Numbered from the stretch's first letter, positions 1-13,624 are shown. The stretch is 60,000 nt of DNA from Camelus ferus (GCF_009834535.1 NC_045696.1:101868001-101928000); one strand, 5' to 3'. Program-made: numbers and translations. The notes: generated from the sequence alone by a model not told the origin.

Positions 1-717
1 ATTCCGACATCAAAAGGGCTGACATTGAGGGACCAAGGAACAAGTTTTATTTCTTTAATTGTTCAGAGATGGGACACTCCTCAAACCATTTTGCTAATAC
101 CCTACTGTATAATAACTGAAAAATACATTAAGTTTTGAGGACTTTTAAAGAAACATTATAATGATATTATCTTTTATCATTCAGGCAATAAGATTACAGA
201 TTTCATAACTAAATAAAAAATAAAGGGAAAAAAGGCAATATCATATTCTTTGAATTCTCTAAAGTCTCTGATAGAATTATATACTTCTTTGTACTTTTTG
301 GTGTACTTTTAAAAAGCAAGAAATCTGATATTTAAAATTAGAATTATTTTGTACAAAGATGTTACATGAAATTATTATTTTTACCTCTAATGCTTAGTTT
401 CTACCTCTAGTGTTTACAAAATGCACCTGGCTAAATATAAACCAGTCAATCAGTTGGCGTTCCAGATGTCTTGGGAAATATCCAGATGTTTGTGATCTTA
501 AAAAAAGGATATTTTCAAAACAAACATTTTATTTTCCCACTTTTCAGCTTCATGTGCTAGCCTAGCTATTACACAGACTGAACTACAATTTGCTTTTTAG
601 TGTAAAATAAACCGAATCTTTTCACAGAGAAAATTCAATTTCAAAAATATAAACTTTAAGTCACTTTGGAAACATTTTAGAACATTAGAATGGAAAGAAA
701 AATAAGGACTGTCAAAC

Positions 718-899
718 CAGGGATTGGTGCACTTTTTCTGTCAAAGTCCAGATAGTAAATATTTTATAGGCTTTGCAAATCTAAAATCACCCTTCGAACT
801 ACTCAACTCTGCCTTTGTAGAGTTGATAGGCATGGCTGGATTCCAATAAAGCTTTATTTACCAAAACATGCAATAGTGGGCTGCATTTGTTTGACCTGG
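718..899 (+). mobile_element. MER58A-like hAT-Charlie DNA transposon (non-autonomous)
   Basis: CAGGG start, 'tttttctgtcaaagtccagatagtaaatatttt', 'actactcaactctgcc' and 'ttccaataaagctttattta' match the recalled MER58A consensus; the flanks gtcaaac/gtctaaac resemble a degraded TSD. Confidence 0.8.
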
Positions 900-1039
900 G
901 TCTAAACACACTGTAAATACCAGATATATCCTGTTTTGGATAACAAGTAAACATCTGTCAACATAAATTAGGACAAGAAATTTCAATATGATAGCGCTTA
1001 TCACTACTTAATCGGCCTTGAAGATGTGCTAATTATGCT

Positions 1040-1165
1040 TCATGTGCCCCAACTTCCTTCTCTGCCCTCCTCTGTGTCCTGGGAAGCTGACCTTAACAGA
1101 CAATATCACCCTTGGACATTGGGGTTACACTAGTAGGAGATGAGAAGCTGAAAGGAGGGAGAAAC
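1040..1165. mobile_element. LTR33-like ERVL LTR fragment
   Basis: 'ctctgtgtcctgggaagctgacc...ggagatgagaagctgaaaggagggag' resembles LTR33; heavily diverged. Confidence 0.45.
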
Positions 1166-2399
1166 TGTTTCAACTTTGGAGTGCCTCACCCAGACATAGA
1201 TACTTAACTGCCTACCAAACCTGGACTGCCATGTTCTAAGGGAAACCATACTGTGCAGAAATCTTTCCTCTCTCCTCCAAATTAAAGTGTATTGCTTCTA
1301 TATGTATTCTCTAAGGGCAAGCTTCTGGCCGATTCTCACTTAAAAAACAGCTCATAAGCCTGCTAAGTGTTAACTAACCGTGAGGAGGGACTTCTCTTTA
1401 TTAGAGAACTCCAAGAAATACCTTAAAAAGTAAATAAAGAAGGATTTTATAAAAATAGTACCAGAAGCTACCTTGTGGAAAATGAGGGCAAAAGAGCCAT
1501 TATGGCAATTCCTACCGTAGAGAAAATTCATAATCCATATAGTTAATCTTGATACTGGCAATGAAACAAGATTTGGGGGCACAGGTTTGTGTATTATGTC
1601 ATCAAATGCTGTTAGGGCTTAACAAGTGGTGTGGTATTTATTCATGTTTGATACCATCTTAACTAGTATTATAGAGATATTTTAAATTACTCTCAATTGT
1701 CAGATGTTAGGATATCCATGATATAATTGAGAAATGATGGAATAGAACTAAAGTGGTGATTTTTTTTCATGATATCTTAATGACAATTAGAAATATTACT
1801 GGTTTAACTAGCTGTGTGTCTATGAAGAATCTACTGTTGGAAAAAAATCACTTTAGAACTCTGTTAATTAGCCATTTGTACTTTTCTAATTCCTGAAGTC
1901 TGCTTCCTGGAACCCTAATCGTATGAGACTCTGTAAAAGAGTTATATTATAATCTGTTCTTAAAGGATCACAGTGCACAGGAGCAGATTGAAACCTCTGG
2001 GAAGTATTGCAATAACTAATCTGTTTAACTTTCTTCACCAACTTTTCCCCAGGCCTGCTTAATCATGAAATTTTATTTTGAATGTGATTTATTAACAATC
2101 CATGGAACTTACTTTAGGAAATGCTGGTAAAAGATATTAAGATACTTGGTTTCAATCACTAGGAAAATTGCTACTATTTCATTCAATTGTTTATGTCATC
2201 TATCAATCTATTAATTTGAATATTTGTTATTTAAAATTCTTACCTTTGAACAGAAGGCAAAAATATAAGGCATTTCCCAAAATGTCTGGTAAAAAACTTT
2301 TGCCTGCCTCCAAATGTTAGATCTGATGACTTCAAGTCAGTAACCAATAGTGATTGAGAATAAGGACTTCCTACCTATGTCCAACATTCAACTCAAATC

Positions 2400-2625
2400 A
2401 ACTCCACTTGGAAGCATTTCTGACTAATGATCCAGTTCCTTGCTCCCTCTTATACTTTTCCCTTCCCATGGCATTTAATGATCTTGTTTATAGTCAGTGA
2501 TTTAACCTGTCTAATTCAACTCCCATGGATTATAAAATCCTTGAGGGCAGAAACTATATATAATCATGTTTGCTCCTAATATCTAACATAGTACTTGATT
2601 TTTTAGTAGTTGCTTAATAGAGTTA
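2400..2625 (+). mobile_element. L2 LINE 3' end fragment
   Basis: 'tataaaatccttgagggcagaaact...ctaacatagtacttg...gcttaata' is the typical L2 3' tail. Confidence 0.6.
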
Positions 2626-2719
2626 ATTTCTTTGACAATTCTCCATGGTTTAAGGCGTCTATAGAAATAATTGACATTCTCACTAAATATTTAAGCAGTA
2701 GTAGCCAGAACTTCACCAA

Positions 2720-2920
2720 ATTCTGAGTGTATACCAACTCGTGAGAGCACATGGTCAAAATCTGAGGAATTTTGCCAGCCCATTGATTTCACATTAGTAC
2801 CTTGATATCAGGCTATGGTGAGAGTATTTACAACATAGAAATTGGCAAAAGCTACAAATCAAGACTTTTTTATTTTCCTGGAGAGCCAGTTATTAGGAAA
2901 CATTTACCAGCATACCACTA
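2720..2920 (+). mobile_element. MER63A-like hAT-Blackjack DNA transposon
   Basis: 'atggtgagagtatttacaacatagaaattggcaaaagctacaaatc...ggagagccagttatt...catttaccagcataccact' matches the recalled MER63A consensus. Confidence 0.75.
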
Positions 2921-3019
2921 TGTATGATGTCTTTTATTGTTTTTTTTAATTAAATAGTAATTTAATCATTAAAAAATAGGATAAAATTTAAATTTTTAAA
3001 AGTAATGATTTTTAAATGA

Positions 3020-3135
3020 GTTGTTCTGTCTCCTCATTTAGATTGCAAGTTCTCTGGGGAAAGGGCCAGTGCTTTCTTTTTCTTTGTTGCCCCAGTGCCT
3101 GGGAACTTATAAGCATTGAATAAATAATTGTATAT
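3020..3135 (+). mobile_element. L2 LINE 3' tail
   Basis: 'ttagattgcaagttctctggggaaaggg...ccccagtgcctgg...aataaataattg'. Confidence 0.55.
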
Positions 3136-3754
3136 GGAGGGATTGATTTCCTAAATGGGCTTTGCATTTTGAGTAGTAGGGTAGTGGTGGGGTGGTGGTG
3201 GAGTGTCAAAAAGGGATGAGAAAACCAAAATAATGTTTTGAGTTGATCCTAACACTGAATTTTGTATTCAGAATTATACATTAATAATTATAATAAATTA
3301 CACATTATTTTTTCTCCTAATTTTAAGTTTATTCTCAAAATTTAAATATATACAAGAGTTATATTAAAACCAGTAACATAATCATAGCCACAAGATTATA
3401 ATCTCAGGGATATAGAATTTTATGATGGTTGGACTAAAGACAAAGACATACTTTCACTGCCACAAAACTGCAGCAAATTAGCTGAAGTTGCAGAATTTCC
3501 TTAGTTTCCTATTTTAACAAACTACCCTAAATATCTAGGGATATCTAGGGATATTAATCAACCTAATGAACTACTTTATTGTGTGGATTGTGATAAGAAT
3601 TTCAACATGACTTTTTGACAATATGTGAAGAAAATGCTGCCTCCGCAATGTATCTTGTAGTATTTATGCTCATGTTGTTACAAATAAAATGAACCTTCAA
3701 AGCAAAAGTCATCTAACACTAGGATTTAATCTAAGCAAAATACATACTTTAAAA

Positions 3755-3990
3755 ATGTTTTAAATTAAGATGTATTTTACACACAGCAAAATATACAAAT
3801 CTTAAAAGGAAATTGTGATGAATTTTTACAAACATAAACCTCCATAACCATCACCAGATCAAGATTTAGACATTTACACCCTAACTGAAAGTTCTCTTCT
3901 GCACTTTCCTGTTGATACTCATCCTTCTCATATCATTATTCTGACTTCTACCACCATAGGTAATTTTGCATATAGAAGATATATTTTTAT
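3755..3990 (-). mobile_element. old L1 (L1ME/L1MD-type) 3' UTR fragment
   Basis: 'aaatatacaaatcttaaa...gatgaatttttaca...taaccatcaccagatcaagat...attctgacttctaccaccatagg' is the antisense 3' UTR of old L1. Confidence 0.65.
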
Positions 3991-5408
3991 GTCTTTTTTG
4001 TTGTTAACAATTATATAAAAAGGAATGATTACTGTTTGGGGACTAGTTTGGTGCAAATGAATATGAAACACATTGGTGATTATATATTTAATAATGATAA
4101 TGATTAACTCTCACTTTTAGGGATCTAGCAGTGTTTTCTTAAAGAGGTTTTTAAAATATCTTCCAACACTTTAGGAACACTTTAGGAGTTGTCAGTCGCT
4201 ACTATGATTTTATTTACTCTGCCTACAGTTCAGTTAGACAACATAGCTTTTCTGTATGAAGAACTTTTTCACAAAAAGACATTTTTTTTATATTCTTTGA
4301 GTTCATTGTTTGAGGACCAAGAGACTGTGTTAGACATAGGCACTTCTGTCAAGAAGTCCATAATCTAATGTCTGTAGAACTTACCTGCCTTTCATCATTC
4401 ACTACTATTTGCTTTATTAGGTTTTCTCTCCCAAGTAGTGTATTTAAAGCCAGCGTAGGATTGGAATCTGGTTCTCCACAAACCTTACCCTATGGTTAGC
4501 TCAGCCTGGTAAAAAGAAAAACAAAAGATGTTTCCTTTGATGGTAGGCCACAGAGATGTAGCCCAAAAGCCAAATGCTCTTCTTCAAGTGGAATATTGTA
4601 GGCCCTGAACAGACGGATTCTGGGAAAAGCCTGAAAGGCATGATTTTCTGCAATGTGTCTTCTTCACAGACAAGATTCGGAGACTGGAATGATAATAATT
4701 ATACTTTATATGGTCTACAGTTTTCTTGCTTCCCAAGTTGCTTTTGAGAAGGGGCAGAATGTGAATGGAACAGGCTCCTCCAGACAGCATTCTTAGGGTG
4801 CTGCTCTCCTGGCCTGCTCTCCAACTCTAAACACCACAATTCCATCTATAATTGTCAGCTGGGTCCAGGCTAGAGATGGACCACACCCTCTGTAACTTTA
4901 ATCCCTTCATCTAATATTCCATATTGCCTATTGCTTTTGGGAGTTAGCATCCAACCCCACAAGTCCCCTGGCGGATTTAACAAAAGCCTCATGAAAGAAA
5001 AGATAATGTCTCATGTATCTTCCCTTTAATTTTTTTTTTTTAGTTATTAATTGATCCAAGAAATTCTTGTTTTCTTTCAAAGATATTTGATTTAGTATAT
5101 TCCCCCAATGTCCCAAACTTAAAATTCAAGTTAAAAATTTTATACCTGAAATTTTTCCTATCTGTTATTTTTCTTTTCTCCTAATTATTATTTTCAAACT
5201 TAATTTAAATGAATTCAGTTAAACAAATCTTTCTTGGGTTCTGTTGTGTGCCTGGCACATAACCTAAGTCCTGGGGAAGCAATAACAAATAAGAAGCTCA
5301 CAGGCAGAGGTTCTCAGAGGGACTGGAGTCACCGAGAAGGTGCAGACCCTGGAATACTTTTTTCCTTTTTAAAAAAATTCCAACTGAATGGGAATTTTGA
5401 GAACCACA

Positions 5409-6305
5409 TGTAGTGAATATTGTGGTGTGGCTTTCTCTCCAGCATCTATTTCTTTTTCTTAGAAACCTCCCTGAATTTTCATTTTGATGGTTACAACTAC
5501 TGCATACACCCCTGGCTTCAGGGTGGGGCATGAAGCTCAAGCCCAAAGTAGATTTTATATTCTCATGTTCTGAGCTCAGTGCTTTATTAAAGGTTATACC
5601 ACCATAGAAAAGCCAGACTCAGTTTGAGGCTAATACATAGAAGACAGAGACCTGAAAAGGAATGACTTCTTGATCAAATCAGTTGTGAAGTCCACTGAAG
5701 CCCTAGACTCTCTAGTTACATTAGCCAATTAACCCCTTTTGTTTTAAAATTTGACCTATCTTAGGGTAAATATTAAGCTGCTATAAGAAAGAGACAAAAA
5801 AAAAAAATACACCCAGAAAAAACTAGTTGCTAAATTAAGATAATAGTGTATTTCTTGTTTTATAGTTTAACTTGACCATCTAAGGCTGAGGAAACAGCTC
5901 TGTTCCTCCAGGCTATCCAGAGACCAAGAATCCTCCATCTTACTCTTCTGCTATCACTATGGTTATCTCTTCTGGGGAATGGTTAAAACTGGGTCAGTGC
6001 CACTCCTATACCCCAGCCTATAGGAAAAGGGGAAAGAGAAGCTGGAGAAATATATCCCAAATGTTTTTAAGGCCAAAACCTAGAAATGGGAAACATTATT
6101 TCTCTTCACATATCATCAGTCTAAATCCAATCACATGGCCCTATCTAACTAAGAAGCAGACTGGGAAATGTACTCTAACTGCATGCCTAGCTAAAACTTG
6201 ATAACTAAGGAAGAAGGTGGAAATAGATTTAGGAGACAACTAGCAGTCTGTCACACAGTTTAGGTTTAGTTTTCTGTTACTTACAACATCAAAAGTTTTG
6301 AGACA
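5409..6305 (+). mobile_element. MLT1K/L-like MaLR LTR, split by a nested MLT1J-like LTR (host parts about 5409-5756 and 6258-6305)
   Basis: Starts TGTAGTGAATATTG; 'agttacattagccaattaaccccttttg' resumes after the insert as 'gtttaggtttagttttctgttacttacaac', the MLT1 3' end. Confidence 0.55.
5757..6257 (-). mobile_element. MLT1J-like MaLR solo LTR
   Basis: 'tcacatggccctatctaactaagaagcagactgggaaatgtact...ggagacaactagcagtctgtcacaca' is antisense MLT1J. Confidence 0.7.
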
Positions 6306-6907
6306 TCATTATTATAAGAGGATAAATTCATGTTTACAATTTTGTGTAATGATATAAATACTATAGAAACAGAAAAAGTGATGCATTTTTCCCCCCTTAG
6401 ATCTTGACTTAAGGATAAAAATTGCAGTTCTATGAAATTATTTGTAGAGCACATTTAAGCCATTAGAAGATTCCTGGGGATGTCCAATAATTTTTATTTG
6501 ATCCATTTCCTCTAACCTGATCTATTATCTGCTTTTCATTCAGTCTCCTGGTTTACTTCAAAGTACAGCCTCCAAAATGACCTAATATTGACTATTTTGA
6601 GAAATCTTTCTGAGGACATACAAAACTAAATGTGTTTTCTAATTAATCATTACTTTTATTTGTTCAAACAAGAGTACAGAAAAAGACAATGGCATTTATA
6701 GAAAAGTACTTCAACCAACCCAAACTTGGTCAATATTTATCATACTCATTAAGCTATCCATGTGTAAATGGCTCATTTTAGTCATATAATTTCATTTTGA
6801 AATTACAGTAGTGGAATGTTTTTGTTAAAACCTGAGGAAGCGTATTACAATTTTACTTGGAAAAGTTACTTCCTTTTAAAAAATGGCAGCATCTCAGAGC
6901 TTATAGA

Positions 6908-7390
6908 TTTTTTAAGTAGACTTTATTTTTTTAAGATTTTCTTTTTAAGAGCAGTTGTAGATTCACAGCAAAATGAGAGGAAAGTACAGAGTTCCCATTT
7001 ACTCCCTGCTCCCACACATGCATGGCTTCCCTCATTATCAATAGTCACTTGCAGAGTGGTACATTTGTCACAATGGATCAACCTGCATTGACACATCACA
7101 AGCACCCGAAGTCCATAGTTTATATTAGGATTCACTCTTGGTGGTGTACAATCTATGAGTTTTGACGTATGTGTCATGAAAGTATCCACTATTGCAGTAT
7201 CATCCAGAATAGTTTCACTGCCCTAAAAATACTCTGTGTTCCGCCTCTTCATCCCTGTCACCCTCCTACTCCTGACAACCACTGATGTTTCATACAGTCT
7301 TCATAGTATTACCTCTTCCAGAATGTTACACAGTTGAAGTCACACAGTATGTAATCTTTTCAGGTAAGCGCCTTTCACCGCGTAATATGA
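6908..7390 (-). mobile_element. L1MC1-like 3' UTR
   Basis: 'agagcagttgtagattcacagcaaaatgag...gagtggtacatttgtcacaat...gtccatagtttatattagg...aatagtttcactgccctaaaaat' is diagnostic of the L1MC1/MC2 3' end. Confidence 0.85.
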
Positions 7391-8649
7391 ATTACAGACT
7401 CCTTGAGACCAGAGATCTCAAATATAGCCACCCCCCTTTTAAAATAGTCCAGCTGAAAATTTTCATTTGAGGAAAAGTTTTTCCCATTTAAAGTGTTCTG
7501 ATTCCACATTAGACCTAAAGTAAGGCTTTTGAAAGCTTTGAGGATTGATTGTTGAGGTTTCCCAAAGAGCTGTTTTCTCCTTGTTGACCTCCAGTATTTT
7601 ATTTTCATCTTTAATTGCAAAGGTTTTCTTTCCAACTTAGAGAATTTCTCAAGTAGCATCACTTCTTTCTTTTTTTCAAATCCTATGGTTTTTAGATACA
7701 AACAGACACACGTATATACACTCATTTACAGATATATATGTTTTTAAATTTTAAGATTTTAGTACCTTTAAAAATGATAAGATGTTTCCCTTTATCCAAC
7801 ACAACCTTAAGCAATTAGGTCTATGGCTATTGTCTTTTTTAGTCATCTTCCAAAAGGTTTTTTTTTTTTTTAAGAATTATTACTGTAGCAATAAGATGAG
7901 TTATGACAACAAACAATATCACCTCCTTTATTTGTTAAGGAAGAATTTAGTAAAAAATCACAATGATTAATTAGTCAACATTTTACTTTATTAGCATAAC
8001 AGTTGCTGTGTAATAACTATATTATGTATTGCATTGGCATGGCATTAAATTTAATTCATATTTATTAGTACACAGGTAAAGACTTAGAACTGTAAGATAA
8101 AATATTTTTATCTTCTGTCTGAATTCCAAGTTGGGATATTCATTTCATGCCGTATACTATCTAAGTTACCAATATAAAATCATAACATAATTTTTTGTCT
8201 GGGAAATTGCAGAAGTTTGAAGTAAAATACATTTCTTCTAGGTTGTTTTCCTACATTGACTTGTAGCTCTTAAATTCATATTACATTTTGAAAGTTTATT
8301 CACCTATAAAATAGTTCAAAAAATATACTTCCATTTTACAAATTCACTATTTGAATATCAATGACAGATGCATTAAACATTGACCAGCAGGCTCAGTGGT
8401 CTTTAAAGTACAGTGTTTCCACACCTTAATTGCTATGCAAATTGATCCAGTGGAGTGTGGGAAGAAAATGTTAAAACACATAATTCTTGTTACCTTTTGA
8501 AAATCTCATCCATTTAAAATAGCTTTTTTAATAAGTTCTTATGTACAGTATTAGTGCAGGAAAACATTATGTAATTCATAAATAAATAATGGGTGTATTG
8601 CTTTTTTTTCTAATAACATTGCTCAGTTTAAAAGTTTTTTAGACACTGA

Positions 8650-8750
8650 CTCTAGATATAAACTTCATTTTTCTCTTTCTTATGGCTCGTACCTCATACA
8701 GTGCTTGACACAAAGTAGAGATGCTCAGTAAATATTTGTGAATGAATAAT
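8650..8750 (+). mobile_element. L2 3' tail
   Basis: 'acagtgcttgacacaaagtagagatgctcagtaaatatttgtgaatgaat'. Confidence 0.6.
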
Positions 8751-10968
8751 TAATTAGAATGGGTAGAAAAGGGCTCCATGCATTATTTAAATCTAGGAAT
8801 GCCATGGAAACAGACTCAATATATAAATAGGCAGAGTAAATGTTTTCCAGACCTGTTTTTTTCGGGACACTTAGGCTTAGTGATTTCTGTGATACTGGAT
8901 TGTCCCATGAAGCACAGAGCCTTCTAAAATGAATTCCCCCAATTTTTTTTTTAACTTTACTGGGGAACAAGAACAAAAATAAAAGCAAATGAATAAACAT
9001 AAGTATTTGATAGGCTAGAATTCTATCTAGACTTAATGAAAAGGAGATTAGGGAAGAATTTGCTATTGAATCTAAAAATGTTGAAAGGGAGCAAAATGAA
9101 GTGTTGACAAAGAAACTTACAGAGCCATAGCTTCTAATGCTCAAAGCCTCCACCTTTAAGAATATCATTTAAATTTGCATAAGACTTTATACATTTGAAT
9201 TTTTATAGTTTTTTTAGAGTCTTTAAAATTAAATAATGAGAAAAAGAAATTTAGGGAAGAGTTCTTTTTTAAAAGGAATGAATGACTGCATAGATTCTCA
9301 TACAGAAATTACAGCCCTGTTTTGGAGGACATGGTAGTATTTTCTCAGGCACCTGCAGTGTGGCCCTCCGCAGAGTGTAGGAAAGGAAGGAAGCAAGATT
9401 GCTTATTGACAGTTAAACTTGAAGATCAAAGCAGAGGGGATAATTGCATAGGTGTGCAAAATAACTAGAAAGACAGGAGTCTTGGCTGTCCCCAGACTGA
9501 ATGAATCACCAAGGAAGACTTGACAATAAGGTGGGGGCTGCTCAGTCAAGGACTTGGTAGTATTTGATCTCCAGCGAATCCTAGTGTAGTTATGGATGCA
9601 GGCAGTGTCACCAATGAACTTTCAAGGGTGTTTTTAGTTTTTTTTTCAAATCAAGACCTTCCCTCTTCTGAGGTTCAAGTTAGTGTTTCTGCTTGATCTG
9701 CTTTCAGCCCAGCAAGGGACCTTCTGAACAAAGGGCCTTCTCCTAATTTGATTGCTCACATGGGCTCACCTACAAGAAGAAAAAGATACTAATTGTATGA
9801 ATTTGGGTTTTTCCTGATAGCTATGATAGTGGTTTCTTAAAAAGAACTAATAAAGTGGCTTCTGATAATGTTTGGGGTTCAAGCTAAGAAAGTGACCATG
9901 CTAAAGAGACCAGCACTCTAGTCTGTGAGACAGAGTTCATTATTCATGAACTGGTGTCTTCCTCCAGTTCAGATTCATTTTAGGAACCATGAACATTGCT
10001 CAGGTCTTATCATTCCTGAATGAGGACAAAAGTGAAGTATTTGCCATTGCAAAATCTTGAAAGGTTGGCCTGAATCCAGGATTTGGCAGTCCAGTGAACC
10101 AGCCTTTACTTAAAGAATTTAGCTTGCCTGCCTCTTCTCTGTTCTCTCTCCCTTACCCAAAAAGTGATTTGAACACAAAGCACAAAGTACTTTAACCTCT
10201 GTGTGAAAGAGCAACCAAACTACACAAGTCTTGAAAAATGACTTGGACATTTGTTATGATTTTCTTAAAGGGGTACATCAGACGGAAAAACTACCCCCTA
10301 AATCTATTAGCAGCTTTCTTTCTCCACATTTTCACCAGTGAGCAGCTGTTTGAAAATCAGTCCCTCTCCCCACCCCTTCTCTTTGCAGATAGTCCTATTA
10401 CCCACACACCGTGCATTTCACAGTCCTCAGCCCGGACCCTTTCAAAATCCTGCCTATCGTCTGACTTGTCCTCCCCTGAGAAGAGTGCATTCTTGCTGAA
10501 CAGTCCCCCTGAGATTCTGTAGAAAAAAAATCCTTTACCTCAGTTCAGCAGTGAAAACAAAACTCCCTTGGAAACTCTTTGAAATGATGCACCATTTTTA
10601 TTTTAAAAATAAGCAAATATCAAATGGGTGATTTCTTATTTTAGCATAGGCACAAATTCTTTAAAAATGTAAAAATAACACTGAGAGAAAATGATTATTC
10701 AAATCTTTGAATTTGGTAAATGACCCTATCACAAGTTAAAAAGAAAAGGGCTTTGAAAAGAATTCCAAGGGACATTTGAAAATGTTTAATAATGAAGAAA
10801 TACTTAAAAGGGTTGTGTTTATTTTTGATATTACAGAACCAATTGCTAGAAAACTTTACACTTAATCTCAAGCCATTATCTAGGTTACTGTATTTTTTAA
10901 AAAATAATTAATTTGGTGGTCTTTTACTTTTCTATTATTATAACAGTACTATGAGTTCATTGTACACC

Positions 10969-11182
10969 TTTCTTTTTCTCCCCAGCTTTATTGAGATATA
11001 ATTGACATATAACATTGTGTAAGTTTATTGTGTACAGTGTATGGATTTGATACATGTATATATTGCAAGATGATTACCCCCGTAGCATTAGCTAACACCT
11101 CCAATCACATTACCTAGTTACCATTTCTTTTCTTGTGGTAAGACTATTTAAGATTTGCATTTGCCCTCTAGCAACTTTCGAA
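10969..11182 (-). mobile_element. L1MA9-like 3' end fragment
   Basis: 'cagctttattgagatataattgacatataacattgtgtaagttt...gctaacacctcc...tagcaactttc'. Confidence 0.8.
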
Positions 11183-11239
11183 GGTTTCTGTATTTTGTTT
11201 TTATCTTACTCTAAGGAAAACCACTTGGCTAGGCATAAC

Positions 11240-11357
11240 CCAGTGTCAAGCCATCTGATTCTACATTTCTTTGAACTTCGTTTTTTTTTCATCTGTAACA
11301 TAGGATTAATATTTGCCCTGCTATGGAGATTAAATGATATAATTAATATATGTGTAA
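11240..11357 (+). mobile_element. MIR SINE fragment
   Basis: MIR core 'tttcatctgtaacatagg...ggagattaaatgatataat'. Confidence 0.55.
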
Positions 11358-13624
11358 TAAGGAAAATTTCAACAACTGGCACCTCAATCCTTCCTGAGGA
11401 GAAAGTTAAGGGACAGTTGCCTATATGCTAGAACAGAGTTAGAGTTTTTTTTTTTTTTTAACCTTCAAAATTATTTGCCCCTCCAAAAAAGTTAGCAACC
11501 TTAAATTCAAGTCTTATATCACAGGACATCATTTCAGTAGTTTCATAGTGGGTGACAAAGAAGCATTTGGGGAAAGTCTGCCTGAAATTGTTTTAATCGA
11601 TATTAATTTTAGTTATTTAGAAAGGTCACCCTAAAGAATTGGTTACAAAAAAGGAGGCAAAGAAATTTAACCCAGCTGTAATCATTTTTCCCCAGTACAC
11701 CCTCTCAACTGCAAGTGCTGAATGTCATTGTAAATAAGGCTTGAGGGTCACTTTAAAAAGCAATAAATTAAGTGGTTACATTATGGAGAACATAAATAAC
11801 AAGTTGATTCTTATGGTTTGGGATAAAATTGCAGTACAAGCTGACTGGATTAAACATGCTTGTACTTCAAATTAGTTAGAAGTGAACTTGATGTGTTCTA
11901 GAGAACTGTGTTAGATGATTGAACAGTGGCTCTACTGATTGCAAAGATACGCATGTCAAAGGTGAAGAATTTTCATGAACTTTGAGAGTGGGAAAGAGAT
12001 CTGTATTTTAAAAAGCAATATAGGTCCTCTATAACGGGTGCTTTTAAGTCTGTGTGGTTAAATTGATAAACTCAATACTGTAAGAACACATTTGACTATT
12101 TCTTCTGTATCAGGCATTTATATACATATTATGTTGGCTAAAAACTTTTTAAAGGGAATCTTCTCTTCCAGAAAATACATTCTTGGGTCTCTTTTATTTA
12201 GTCATATATAGTATCTTTATGAGCATCTCGTTGGGGAACTTGTGACTCTGGAGATGGGGAAACATCTCCATTTGAGAACATTTGAGGCCTGTTTTCAGAG
12301 AAAAAAATATTTGAGTGATTGTTAATTTGGAAATATGTACTTTGTGAAATAAGAAAAGAGTCATGTTTTTACTGAAGTCTGACCTGTCACTGAGTGGGTT
12401 TGAATCTTCCTCACTTTGTTTTTACTTGAAATATAAGTGCTTTTGCTAGAGTCACATACTTGCTCAATTTTACTGTATATAATTTTATAGTTTAATTATT
12501 ATCTTCATTTTACAAAGAAACACATTAGATGCTTAGCTTCATCTATTTTCTCAGAAACATAAATATAGGCATAGCAAACATCTGGCTCATAACTCAGATA
12601 AGACCTTTAGGAAAATTACTTTTAAAAATTAATAGAAAAAGCATTAGTTTCAAGAATAATAACTTTTTACAAATAAGCAAGATTGAATTAAAACATGTTT
12701 TAATTTTATTCTAAAATGACCTTCTTTAATATATTTTTGGTTCCCATAACAATAAAAAAAGCTGTCATCATTTTCTGGTAAATGAAAATGGCATTTCACA
12801 AGCTTTGATAAGGAAAGCAGTTATATGACGTTGCTTCTGTTCATAAATACTGCTAATTTAGTTAAGTCTTATTTCAGCCATTTTACTTCTTAAATCATTT
12901 TAAGCATGTACCTGTTTTGAAAGCAGGTATTTAGCTTATGCTTGGAAAAAAATAAGTTAAAATCTGACTATTCTTTGCAGTTTATTGTCCTATGCAGTAA
13001 GGACTCACTTGTGAGGAGATTCAAGATGGAGGAGTGGGGAGGAGCAGGATGCCACTTGTTTAGTCACCAGGGGTTTTTACTGTGATCCTTATGTTTCTTA
13101 TTATCTTGGATCTATTTCTGTAAAACTTGTAGTAGCTATTTTCTAAAATAAGAATTTGAGGCCTAACTGCTGATGTATAATTACAGCAGTATTATTATGT
13201 CTCTTGGTATAATCCACTATAATCACAGTTGTGTACTCCCTGATTATATATCCAGTTGTTCTGCCAACCATGAAACAGTTGCTGGGAATGTTCTTGGGAA
13301 CCAGTTGTGCTTCTCCTTATCATTTCTTCATAAAATCTGCTTCTGCACTTACTATAAAATCTTGAAGACCTTATCTCTCCTCAGACACTCATTATCTTCC
13401 GTACATATAAAGCTTCATGTGAGGAATTTCTCTTAGAATTTAGTTTTGAGGCTCCAACTTTCCATACTGACAGAGAGAATGAGAGATCAGCGAGAAGCAG
13501 AGAGAAGCAACTCAAAAAAGAATTTAAAAAAATTACCCTTGGCCCACCTTGTTTATAATATTTTTGTTCTTCCCACTTGAAAGCTCTTTTTTCATCCATG
13601 AGGACTCCATGTTGTTCTGGGAGT

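Noticed and set aside
3531..4186. Small tandem duplications (ATATCTAGGG x2 at 3531; AACACTTTAGG x2 at 4165; similar ones at about 38066 and 58972)
   Set aside because: Ordinary slippage micro-duplications; no array or spacer structure
4644..4695. Acceptor 'gtgtcttcttcacag' followed by xKIRRLE-stop as a terminal exon
   Set aside because: Too short to support, with no recognisable protein end or linked upstream exon
8725..9168. 147-aa minus-strand ORF
   Set aside because: Non-ATG start, low-complexity F/S/L composition, overlaps an L2 tail, no recognisable domain
11833..11866. 9-bp inverted repeat AGTACAAGC...GCTTGTACT as an RNA hairpin gene
   Set aside because: The stem is too short for a pre-miRNA, there are no snoRNA/tRNA motifs, and it is expected by chance
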